Shown piece after piece: positions 1-10,900 of a stretch of DNA of 64,000 nt. Positions within the stretch are counted from its first letter, which is position 1; each line of letters begins with the position of its first letter. Made by a program: the position numbers and the translations under genes. Under the pieces are notes generated by a model. That model worked only from the letters and a program-made list of their open reading frames with translations, was not told where the DNA came from and did no database searches. This DNA is from Podarcis bocagei (taxonomy: Eukaryota): assembly GCA_964188305.1 (NCBI GenBank), contig OZ076897.1, one strand, 5' to 3'.

Positions 1-59
1 TTTTCTGCAGGCTCTGATGATGATCTGGAAAATAAGATAAAACCATACAATAAATGCAT

Positions 60-480
60 AGCAAGCTAAAAGTTAAAAACAAAAGTCAGTAACCCATTTG
101 GGGGGAATGCACTCTTAATTTCCTGCATAGGCCTGGCTGAATAGAAAAGTTTTCAGCAGGCATGTAAAAGTTGGCACAGAAGGCACTTGCTAAATCTCTA
201 TTTGTTGAGTATTCCACAGGACTGGGCTGATGACATCAAAGGCTCAGTTTCTTCTTGTCAAAGGAGGCTTGCCAACTCTAAACAGCCAGTGATGCTCCTG
301 TAGATAAGCTCAGTGATCAAGCTGGGATATAAGTGTTCAGGTAATCCCTGAGGTACCCTACATCTAACTTGCTTTACAAATGAATACAAGAACTTTGAAC
401 CTGGCTTGGGCAAGGTAGGGCAGGCAGTACAGCTGTTTTAACAATGGTATCACATTTTCTCAACCAGACCTTCTGAACCA
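60..480 (-). mobile_element. Degenerate L2-type LINE 3' fragment
   Basis: Resembles the reverse L2 3' region seen in younger copies in this window; heavily decayed. Confidence 0.4.
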
Positions 481-865
481 GAGGCAATGGCTCCCAAGTT
501 ACTTCTTCATAGAAGAGCAGGATATAAAATGTTTCTATATATGTTTATGTTTCCAACACATAAACATTTGTAGTGCCTTATGCAGATCCTTATTTGTAGT
601 AATTTCAGAGTACGGGGATTTTGAAAGGTTATATATGTATATAACAGGGAATTTTAATAAATACTGGCTGGATGCCAATCTTTCTTGGGAGAAACGTGCT
701 TGAATTAGTTATGTCTGCATATGTCTGGGTGCTCTTGGATGAAGTTGATTATTGATTTCAGTCTGTATTCAGGTGTGACTTTGGCACTTCACAAATAATC
801 TGCAATGGATGAAAGATGCCAGGCGAACAAATCCCTTTTCTCCCGGCCTTTGGCTAATTAAACAG

Positions 866-1000
866 TCTATGGCCTTTTAAACTGGTGGCAGACAGTATTG
901 TTTTGTTTGTTATTATGTTCTGTATTTTGTGTTTTTATACTGTAAACCGCCCTGTGATCTTTGGATGAAGGGAAGTGTATGTATTTAATAAGTAAAATAA
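866..1000 (+). mobile_element. L2-type LINE 3' tail
   Basis: tgtaaaccgccctgtgatc..gggaagtgtat..aataa tail. Confidence 0.5.
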
Positions 1001-1239
1001 ATACATAAAATAAGTAAAATAAATACACAAAACAGAGGAGTGTGGTCTTGTGGCTTCTCATAGACCTCTCATTAGCTTGTTTCGATTCTTCTAAAATGTA
1101 ATCCTTGCGGATGATCTTTCTAGGATGGAGATAGGAGGTACTGTTTTGCAGTGGTTCTGCTTCTTCCTGGTGTGCACATTCCAGAAGACTGAGGGAATTG
1201 TGGTTTGGTGCTATGGCACTTGTGCTTTGAAACCTCAAG

Positions 1240-1600
1240 TTTTTATCTTACATAAACATTTACACGAAACTTCTGGATGAAATTGTCTGGAGAATGGGAA
1301 TGAGATGTGAACAATATGCTAATGACTCCCAACTATATTTTCTTTATACCTGAATCAGGCATGACAGCTTGGAATCACTAATGGCTAGATGAGAAATAAT
1401 AAACTGAAGCTTAATCCACATAACATGGAGCTGCTGTTAGCTGGTTCTGGGGAGGTCTTTGGTTTGCTTGGGATGTATTTGTGCACAAAAGGCCTTTCTG
1501 TAACAGATGCAGCTCCTCCTAGACAAAACATAGTTGTGCCACAGTTATCCATGTTCTTGTAACATCCTGACTTAGTTTAAGATTCAGCAGACTGCCCTTG
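1240..1600 (+). mobile_element. Degenerate L2-type LINE RT fragment
   Basis: caatatgctaatgactcccaactatat reads QYANDSQLY, a decayed QYADDTQLY motif. Confidence 0.6.
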
Positions 1601-1700
1601 AGAAAAATGGCACAAAACCAGGAAAGTACCACTGAAAGGGCAGGGGGAAGAAAAGGATAAACTGAAGGTGTTTGATGAAATATTTATCTCAGATTCGTAT

Positions 1701-1746
1701 GGGATAGCTCAGTTAGTAGAGCATGAGATTCTTAATCTCAGGGTCA
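1701..1746 (+). mobile_element. tRNA-Lys(CTT)-derived SINE head, truncated
   Basis: GGGATAGCTCAGTTAGTAGAGCATGAGATTCTTAATCTCAGGGTC matches the 5' two-thirds of tRNA-Lys; no T arm or B box. Confidence 0.8.
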
Positions 1747-3312
1747 TAGATAAATGATGTAATGAGGGAGCTGCAGCCCAAGATAGGAAACGAGGTAGTA
1801 AGGGAACACCTAGCTACTTTAAATTTCCAGAGCCTGATGAGCTGCATCCAAGGGTACTAAAGGAGCTTCTGGGTGTAATTTCAGAGCCTTTGAGAATTGT
1901 TGGAGAGAGAACAAGTGAGGTCCCTACAGACTGGAGGCGGACAAATGTTGTTCCCATCTTCAAAAAGGGGAGAAAGGAAGACCCAGGTAACTATCAACTT
2001 GGTGACATTGATACTATTAATCCTAGAACACATAATTCAACAGTTGGTCTTTGAGCATTTGGAAAAGGATGCTGTGATTACTAAGATCCACCATGGTTCT
2101 CAAAACCAAGTCATGCCAGACCAATCTGATTTCTTTTTTTGATGGAATTACAAAGTTGGTGGATCAGGGAAATGCTGTGGACATAGTGTATCTTGATTTC
2201 AGTAAGGCTTTTGACAAAGTCCCCCATTTATTCTTGTGAGGAAGCTGATAAAATGTGGGTTGAACAAGGTAACTGTTAGGTGGATTCATAGCTGGTTAAC
2301 TGACCGAACCCAAAGAGTACTCATTAATGGTTCCTCATCATCTTAGAAAAAAAGCGAGAAGTGGGGTGCCGTAGGTTCTGTCCTGGGCCCGTTGTTATTA
2401 AACATCTTTATAAATGACTTGGATGAAGAAATTGACAGGATGCTCATCAAATTTGCTGACGGTACCAAACTGGGAAGGGTAGCTAATGCTGCAGAAGACA
2501 GAATCAGAATTCAAAAATACCTTAACAGACTGGAGAACTGGGCGCAAGCGAACAAAATGAATTTCAATATGGACAAATTTAAGGTTATGCAGGAAGAACC
2601 AGCTGCACAAATATAGGTTGGGGGACAACTGGGTTACTAGCAGTACATGTGAAAAGGATCTAGGGGTCTTGGTGGACCACAAGCTTAGCATGTGTCAACA
2701 GTGTGATGCAGCACCAAAGAAAGCTAATGCTATTCTGGGCTGCATCAAGAGAAGTACCGGTATAGTGTCCAAGGGACCACTCTATTCTGCCTTGGTCAGA
2801 CCACTCCTGGAATACTGTGTCCAATTATGGGCACCACAATTTAAGAAGGATGTTGACAAGCTGGAACGTGTGCAGAGTAACCAAGATGATCAAGGGTCTG
2901 GAAACTAAGCCTTACGAGCAGCGCTTGAAGGAGCTGGGTATGTTTAGCCTGGAAAAGAGGAGGCTGAGAGGAGATATGATAACCATCTTCAAATATCTTT
3001 AGGGCTGCCACATGGAAGTGGTAGCATGCTTGTTTTCTCCTGCTCTGGAGGGAGGATTAGGAGATTCGAACCAATGGCTTCAAGAAAGGAGATTCCAGCT
3101 AAACGTTTGGAAAAAATCTTTCTGACAGTAAAAGCTGTTCAGCAGTAGAACAGACTCCCACCGGAGGTGGTGGAGTCTCCTTCCTTGGAGGTTTTTAAGC
3201 AGAGGTCATCTGTCATAGATGCTTTAGCTGAGATTCCTGCATTGCCGGGGGGGGGGGCGGGGTTCACTAGATGACCCTCGTGATTCCTTTCCAACTCTAC
3301 AATTCTATGATT
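1747..3312 (+). mobile_element. CR1 LINE, 5'-truncated, frameshifted ORF2 (RT) and 3' tail
   Basis: [64 protein letters not shown]; ends ccaactctacaattctatga. Confidence 0.93.
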
Positions 3313-4416
3313 TATCGTGTTTGGGAACAGTCCTTCCTCACGGGCGTGTTTTGAAGAGCTATTCCCAAGTGCACAAACCCATGTAGGAACAGGAATCGCT
3401 ATACACGTGTTTCCCTATGCGTCTTTACGCGGGTCCCATTGGGTCCAGTAGTACTAAAATCGCTTAGCTTAGTTCAGTTGGTCTAGGCGGGCGGTTAGGC
3501 TTTGTCCCTGACCTGGACCGGGACCCCCGGAGCTGAAGCTACCAGGCACCAGTGGCTCTCCCGTACTTTTTTTTTTACCTCAGCGCCATGGCCTCCCGGC
3601 TCGCCTCACCACAATTGGGGAAGTACAAGCGATTGCAGGCGTCTTCTTGCCGCACGCGGTGACGTAGGCACGCCCGTTTGACGGGGGCTTTTTCTTTTTA
3701 AACGATTGGCCGAAAATGAGACTTGCGCGGCACTAATTGGTTGACAGGGAAGGGAAGGGCGGAACCGGGAGCGCTCGGTGGCTGCGGTGGTTTATGCTGG
3801 ACGGCAGTGGGGCGGGGGGAGGGGCAGCGCAGTTATTGTCTGAGGCTTTGGGGCCTCGGCGCTTGCAGGGAGCCTCTGGCGGTTAGGCCGGGCGGCCTTT
3901 TAATTCCGCCCCGAGCCCGCCTCCGCGGGTCCTTCCTTCCCAATTCGGAGCCGAGCGGGTTCCTCAGCTGCCCGTGTGGACGAGGTCCTCAAGCCGGCTC
4001 TCGTCTACGCTGCCGCCGCCCAACATTTCCGCCGAGAACAGCGCCGGAAAAGGAGCTCTTTTTTAAAAAAGACATATTCTGGTCCCTCACGGGCCGGGTG
4101 TGTGTGTGAGAGAGAGAGAGAAAGGTGGTTTTTTTGTCACCCTTCTACACACTCACTCCGTCCTTCAGACGGCCGGCCGTTATTTATCTATCTATTTTAG
4201 GCTGAGGTGAAAAGCTCAAACGTGAAATAAAACGTCCGTGGCCCTCAGCTCCAGCTATAGAGACAGGAAAGGGCGGGGGGGGGGGTTGGTACTACGCGCG
4301 TGGCCGTGGGCGCGCGCCTGCGTGCTGGACGTTTGAAGGGAGGAGGGACAAGGGAGGAGAGCCTGCGGTGTGAGTGTTCGCGCGGCCGGCCGGGCGCGCG
4401 GCCCACAAAGCGAAAG

Positions 4417-4695
4417 AGTGTGTGTGTGAGGGAAAAAAAGGGGGTTGTTCGTTGTGTGGGTGCGCGCGCGCGCATTAGCGTGAGGGCAACCTTGGGGGCC
4501 CGTCGGACTGCGCGCGCTCGCGTGTGTGTGTGAGGGCGCGTGTGTGTGTGTGAGGGCGCGCGGGCGCGCGCGCTGGGTGGGAAAAGGATCTTTCTCTGTG
4601 TGGGAAGGAACACCCCCCACCCCCCATACACACACGCCGCCCCCCCCCCCAAATCTGCGGTGCATGAGAGAAGCGTGTGTGTGCGTGCGCGCGCC
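4417..4695. repeat. Alternating purine-pyrimidine (GT)n/(GC)n tracts and C runs
   Basis: gtgtgtgtgtgt, gcgcgcgcgcgc, tandem gtgtgtgtgtgtgagggcgc. Confidence 0.8.
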
Positions 4696-4822
4696 TGCAG
4701 CCCTGTGCCGGCCGCGGGTGGCTTCCCTCTCCCCTCCCCCCACTTTTCTTTTGGGGGAAAAAAGGCTTTTGTAGATATATATATATATTTATAATTATTT
4801 ATACTGAGGTGAGGGCCAAAAA

Positions 4823-4924
4823 ATGGCAAAATCAGGAGGAGGTGGTGGAGGAGGAGGCGGCGGCGGAGGAGGAGGAGGAGGAGGCGGCGGCGGCGGCGGC
4901 GGCAGCGGGGGTTTAACCTGGGTG
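4823..4924 (+). CDS. TOP2B: TOP2B exon 1 (coding part)
   Basis: MAKS-G23-SGGLTWV then gtaagt; in-frame TGA at 4805 upstream. Confidence 0.93.
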
Positions 4925-7900
4925 GTAAGTTGCCTTGGCATTTTCTTTCGATTTCTCTTCCCTTCTCGGCGGTGTTGCTTTCCTTTAACAGGCTTGGCTT
5001 GAAATGGGAGGCGGAAGGCCTCGGGGAAAATAATGGAGGAGCGGCGAAGATGCTTGCAGGGATGGAGAATGGGGATGCAGAGAGAAAGGGAGAAGGGGGA
5101 GGACTAGGCTGCTTCCAGGGTGGAAAGTACAGGGTTGGGTGTTTGCTGATTCTGGCGAGGGAATGGGAGCCCTTGGCTTTGCTGCTATGGGACCTTCACT
5201 TGCTGGCTTTGGGGGGACGGGACGGGACGGGTGTGTGGCCTGCCAGGGGTTCGCAGAGTTAAAGGGGGGGTATGTGGCACCCACTTGTGTTACTGACTCT
5301 TACTCAGTGTGCTTCTTGAGTACACATGGCTATTTTGTTTCTGTTGATCAGTTGATAAGAAGAGGGGTCTCCCCACCCCGCAATTCCTGCAGAGTGGAAA
5401 GGTTGAAACAGTTTTTAAGGCCTCTTAGATTTGTTTCGCGTCTAGCATTGAACTAGCAGGCTGAAAGTGAACCGTCTCTCCAGCTGGGCCACAGTTCTGA
5501 AAACGGGGGTCCTTATGTGCCTTTAGCTCCATCCCTACACAAAATAGGTAAATTATGAGAGGATCAGCTTTTGGATCTTGATATAAAAATACAGTGAGTA
5601 TTCTGCTGGGGAAAATTTAGTGGGAAAGGGAGAGTTAAGTGGTCATGAAGCCATACGATGGGTTTTTTAAGATTAGAGGTTGTGATATGCTGTTTCTGGC
5701 CCAGTTGAAAGAAATCCCATTTGGAAAGACCCCAGGAGGGAGCAGATAGCTGAATGGATACAGTTCCCCAATCAGTCATTTACTTCTATTTCTCTTGTTC
5801 AGCAGAGAGTTCAAACCAGGGTCACTTCCTTAATGTAACTGGCAAGAAAAGGCAACACAGCACAATGGTGTAAAGGAGCAGTTTTCTTCAACGGGCTTGC
5901 TGCTACTCTAGCGCTTCATTTAGTATTACAATGTTACTACCCTAACTTCATTAGGACTCTTGCTCTGAAAACAAAAATATTTCCATTCCACTTTTAAGTC
6001 AGGTGTCCTGTAAAGGAAAGACAATGTTGCTATTCTTTATAAATTGAAAAGTGGCAAATTCTATGTGTGTCCCAGGATGCCTATTTTTAGGTACATAGTG
6101 GCAGCCACGCTTTAAAAATAAGGCACCAGGCAACTCGTGGAATATTGCAATCCTTGCTGACAAGTAGGCTATGTTTCTATAACCAGGAGGGCAAACTATT
6201 CCTTGTTCTTCTGTTGTACTTGCTGGAGGAACAGTTGACATGTGCAAAGAGCAGAACTGATATTAATGTAAATGTCCCAGTTTGCTTTGTCAAGCAGTAG
6301 ACTGGACTGTATAAGTGGATTTGTGAGCAGGGATGGTCTTCACCTTGTTGCTTCATATAGCAGTGGTACCCACCTTCTGATGAGCAGATTGACCTGATGA
6401 TAGATATGCCTACTTGCATTTGAAACAGTTAGTCAATCTCATAGATCTATCAGATGCACTTGCAGGTGCATGTATCCAGCCAGTGGAAAGTTTTGAGGGA
6501 ATGTCATTCTTAAGTGCTTTCTAGTCTTGCTTCTTTAATAAATTAACTTTGAAAGTGGAGCTGTAATAAGGGTCACTATTTGGGATGATGTATTAACTCC
6601 ACTAACTTTTAAAAAAATATGTCCAGAAATGCAAATTGAGCAAAACATTTAGTATGGACACAATGGCATTAGTGTTCCAGCTAAAGTCCCAACTATCTTT
6701 GAACTTGCACTTTGAATTTAGTAGTTGAGGGCTGGGATTATTTCATTTGTGATACATGAGCACTAAATCATTTTCCTAAAAAGTATTGCTATTTGTGTGT
6801 ATTGCTGTAATTGTCTGCTACTTCCATAGTCCTTGTTCTTTCAGCTTTCAAAGTGATCTTTCATTGCTTTACCATATTTGTATTAAAATTGTGATTCTGT
6901 GTAGGTAAAAATTGGCAAGGCCTCAAACACTAGACATAGTGAGCTCTCTGCTAAAGGAAGAATTAATGTTCAAAGGTGTCTTTGACAGATTATTACTATT
7001 TATTATGACTACATTTCAGAGTTAAACTAGTACAAGTGTCCTTGGCAGATATGCCTTTTGCAATTTCTTATGGATAACACCAGTAAAGCAGTGGAGTTAG
7101 GATCCTTAAATGGAACCCCCCCAAATTCTGTATACCCGTTAAATATGTTTTGATATTAGTATAAAAACTTAATTACATTTCTTTAAAAAAAAGTTATACC
7201 TTCAAAACTTTTCTGAATAAATTGTGGAAGTTGAGTAAACTGTTTCTTTTCAATAAATATTAAAGTTAAAACTGGAAATGATTCACAGTGATTTTCCCCA
7301 TTGTGAGTACTGGATGTAACGATCCAAGGGGAGGTATCTGCTGTAATCTATTTTGTATCTTTGCCAATTTACAGTGTATTAAAGAAGTTGGGGAGACTGT
7401 ATCTGTAAAAGGAATATACAGACCTTAAGTACATTAACTTTATATACATTAGCTTTATATACATTATTAACATTAGCTTCTCTAGCAAAACTTTTTTGTC
7501 ATAACAAAAACCCCTTAAGCAAGGAGATTGGTACACAACTAGAGCTTTTATTGTGCTTCCTGTGCAAGACCTCATTTTCTGCACTCTCACATTGAATGTT
7601 TCTGCACATCATGCCAGTAATACATCTTGGAATAGCACATTCCTAGAATACAGAACCAGAGCAAATACGCATATAGTCATGGTAGATTTGATCCATGCGG
7701 CCTCTTATAGAAAGGAAAGGGGGGAAAAAGAAATGTAAACGAAATATTAAGACTTCATCCATTTTTGCTCAGATGAGCAATAAATAATTGGCTTGTATGT
7801 ATGTATGTAGCACTAAAACGTGGCTTAGTGCTATGTTTGAGCCTTGACTTGTATGCTCCCCTCCCACATGGTCTGATGGAATTCTATACAAGTTTTACTT

Positions 7901-10900
7901 TCCACAAATCCTGGCTTGTTAGTGTAGCAGCCCAATAGGCGATGATTTAAAACAAATTTTGGTTTATCAAGCCAGCTTCATGACGGGTTTCAAATTGTTT
8001 TGTTCAGAAACCTATCAGTATTTATTTTAAACCATGATACCTAAAAGCCAGGTTGCATGGAAACTTAAAGTAAACACTAAAAATCTCATGGGGTGTGCAT
8101 GTGTCTTCAGGCTTTTTCCAGCTCATGCACAAAGCACTAAACCATGGGTTAGTGTTACATGTGTACTATCCATCTATCCATCTTTTGCTGGCCATACATT
8201 TGCTTGCTTGAAATCACACTGACATTCGAAAAGCTTGTATCTATTACTATGCTCAAGTGACACATACAAACAATACAGCTGACATGCAGACCAAGTCCAA
8301 AACTGCATTTAATTTATGAAGTGGTGGAACAAATGCAGCCTTAATTCCCATAGCTACTGGCAGCTGAAGATGGTCTAATACTTTCTTCTTGCAAGCATAT
8401 ATAACAGGTGACATCTGTGCCCAAAGAGATGTATAGGGCTGCAAATATTTAAATGTTTCCATCTGTGATTAGTTGTTGATCAAGGAGATAATACAGAGAA
8501 TGTGTAACTGTTAAAGCTGAGAACCTGATCTGGACCATCTGTTCCATAGTTTTGTAAAATAATATGGTTCGTGTGTACGTAAAGAAACATCACTTTAAGA
8601 TATTACAAGACAGCTTCTCTTCTGATGGAGTTGTAAAGTGTTTGAATCATGAACATCAGAATATTTTATACCCTATGTACTTATGACCTTAAAGACCTTT
8701 TACTAGGAACTAATAAAAGGTGGTTTCTTTAAAGGTAGTGATAAGTGTCTCATAATTTGGGAACAAACCAACTATTCTGTCAACTTATGAGTAGAAGCCT
8801 TTCCTGTCCTCAAGCCAATTTAACACATTTACATCTTGGATCTGTATATGCTGACTTAGGAGTAAGTCCCAAGTCATAGAATTGCAACCTTAGGCTTTGT
8901 GAATTAAAACCCAACATTACCATTAGTACTGTACTCATTGGTTTGGTGTGTTTTTTAAAGTGCTATTTTGGTGTTCTCGGACAATGAGAAGTAGGAAAAG
9001 TGAGGCAGCAGTTGTAGTTCATTTTAAAAAAATTAAACCTCATAGTAGACACTTCAATGCAGTTTAAAATATATGTTTGACCACACCTCCAAGAAATAGT
9101 TGAAAAAGGCACAGTGCTTTAAAGGCATAAGAGCTTTGTCTGATCTGGAATCTCACAAGACTGCTGAAATAATACGTTGTGATTCGAGGACCCGATCCCC
9201 GCTTGGGGAATAAAGACACGTGGACACAGTATGTAAGGTTAATGGGTAAGGAAAAGGACACAACTTTATGGATTACAGCATGTGAGAAGGTATTGGCTTA
9301 GGCACTGGACCACGGAACATTAGACTCCACCCACTTGGAGAGGGGTGAGCCCAAAGGGGGTTTATTCACCAGAAGGTGGAACCTGTTGATGCTAATACAA
9401 CTATAGGCTCTCTCCTGATGTCACCGAGGGTCATGCCATGCCCCCCCCCGCCACACGGGCATCGGACAGGATCCACGACCACCGGATTCCTGTAGCGGAA
9501 TACCCAAAATTGTCGGGGAAGGCGATGGCCACACCTTGCCCCCCGAAACACCAACAACACATTCCAATGCCAAATACCACGAAAGTTGTGACGGTTGCTA
9601 CGAGGTAGGCGAAAAAAATCCAAGAGGCTGGGCCAGTTTAGCCAATTGGGAAAAACTCCTACCAGGCCCCCTGGTTAAACAGGGCGACCAACCAGAGGTC
9701 CATAGCAAAGTCTCAGGAAAAGCTAATCTAAAGGGAGTGGAAGGTGGGTGACTTGAAGAAAATGTGTGGGAATCTCACAAGACTGCTGAAATAATACGTT
9801 GCATAACTGTCTAAAACATAATAAGAGTTTGCCATTACAAAGTGTTTTACAACCTTGGAACAACAATAAGACTGGCCGTATTCACATACCACTTGGAATT
9901 CTGGTTAAGCTTAACTATGTCTTAAAATGCAGCATGCTGGTGCAGAGGGAGAAAATCACAGCCGCTTCACTCCTTCTGTGGTGGTGCAGCATTATAGGAG
10001 CCTAACCATGGTTTGTATTGGAGTTCTGTCTGAAGCTGGGCTTGTGGTTTCTCTCTCCCCCACCCTCCCCGTAATCCATGAGCTATGAGCTTGGTTACAG
10101 CTTGTGCTTTGGGAGAGAGACAAATTACACTTCTGAGTTCAGACTACACTAAGGCAAACCATGGCTTAGCTCTTACTAATGGAGCAGCAGGAATAGGAGG
10201 AGTGAAGCGACCATGATTCTCTGTGTGGTTCACCTTTAAACTATAGTTAAGCAGTACTGCGCTGCGTCGGGATGCGGGTGGCACTGTGGGTAAAACCTCA
10301 GTGCCTACGACTTGCTGATCGTATGGTCGGCGGTTCGAATGCCCGCGGCGGGGTGAGCTCCCGTCATTTGGTCCCCGCTCCTGCCCACCTAGCAGTTCGA
10401 AAGCACTCTTAAGTACAAGTAGATAAATAGGTACCGCTTTATAGCGGGAAGGTAAACGGCGTTTCCGTGTGCTGCGCTGGTGCTGGCTCGCCAGCTGCAG
10501 CTTCGTCACGCTGGCCACGTGACCCGGAAGTGTCTTCGGACGACACCGGCTCACAGCCTATAGAGCGAGATGAGCACGCAACCCTAGAGTCGGACACAAC
10601 TGGCCCGTACGGGCAGGGGTACCTTTACCTTTACTGCGCTGCCCTGGTGTCGGTGTTCCATTGCGCCAGAAGCGACTTAGTCATGCTGGCGACATGACCC
10701 AGAAGAGCTGTCTGCGAAGTGGACAAACACCGGCTCCCTCGGCCTGTAAAGCGAGATGAGCGCCGCAACCCCAGAGTCGTTCGCGACTAGACTTAACTGT
10801 CAGGGGTCCCTTTACCTTTACCTTACTCTGGTTTAAAGTGAGATGTTAACTAGACCAGAGTTTCTGGTCCTGTCACATTTTTAAACCTTCAGATGTTCTA

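Larger units (their letters stand above)
3330..5290. promoter_or_regulatory. CpG island / TOP2B promoter and 5' region
   Basis: Abrupt GC/CpG enrichment; CRE-like TGACGT 3660-3665; inverted CCAAT boxes ATTGG 3705-3709 and 3736-3740; GC boxes 3757-3762 and 3809-3818. Confidence 0.85.

Noticed and set aside
1701-1746. Functional tRNA-Lys gene
   Set aside because: Lacks the T arm, B box and 3' acceptor strand; it is a SINE-type head.
1897-3002. Reverse-transcriptase ORFs as an active or domesticated gene
   Set aside because: Multiple frameshifts and stops; dead CR1 copy.
1-3330. Exons of NGLY1, the usual upstream neighbour of TOP2B
   Set aside because: No recognisable coding sequence; the region is mostly LINE debris.
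3723-5456. Many ORFs over the CpG island, including the poly-Glu/Ala frame 4677-4916
   Set aside because: Low-complexity GC-rich artefacts, mostly without ATG starts; only the MAKS frame matches TOP2B.
7428-7480. Short local tandem duplications (also ~24598-24645 and ~61673-61710)
   Set aside because: Ordinary AT-rich slippage with no sign of function.
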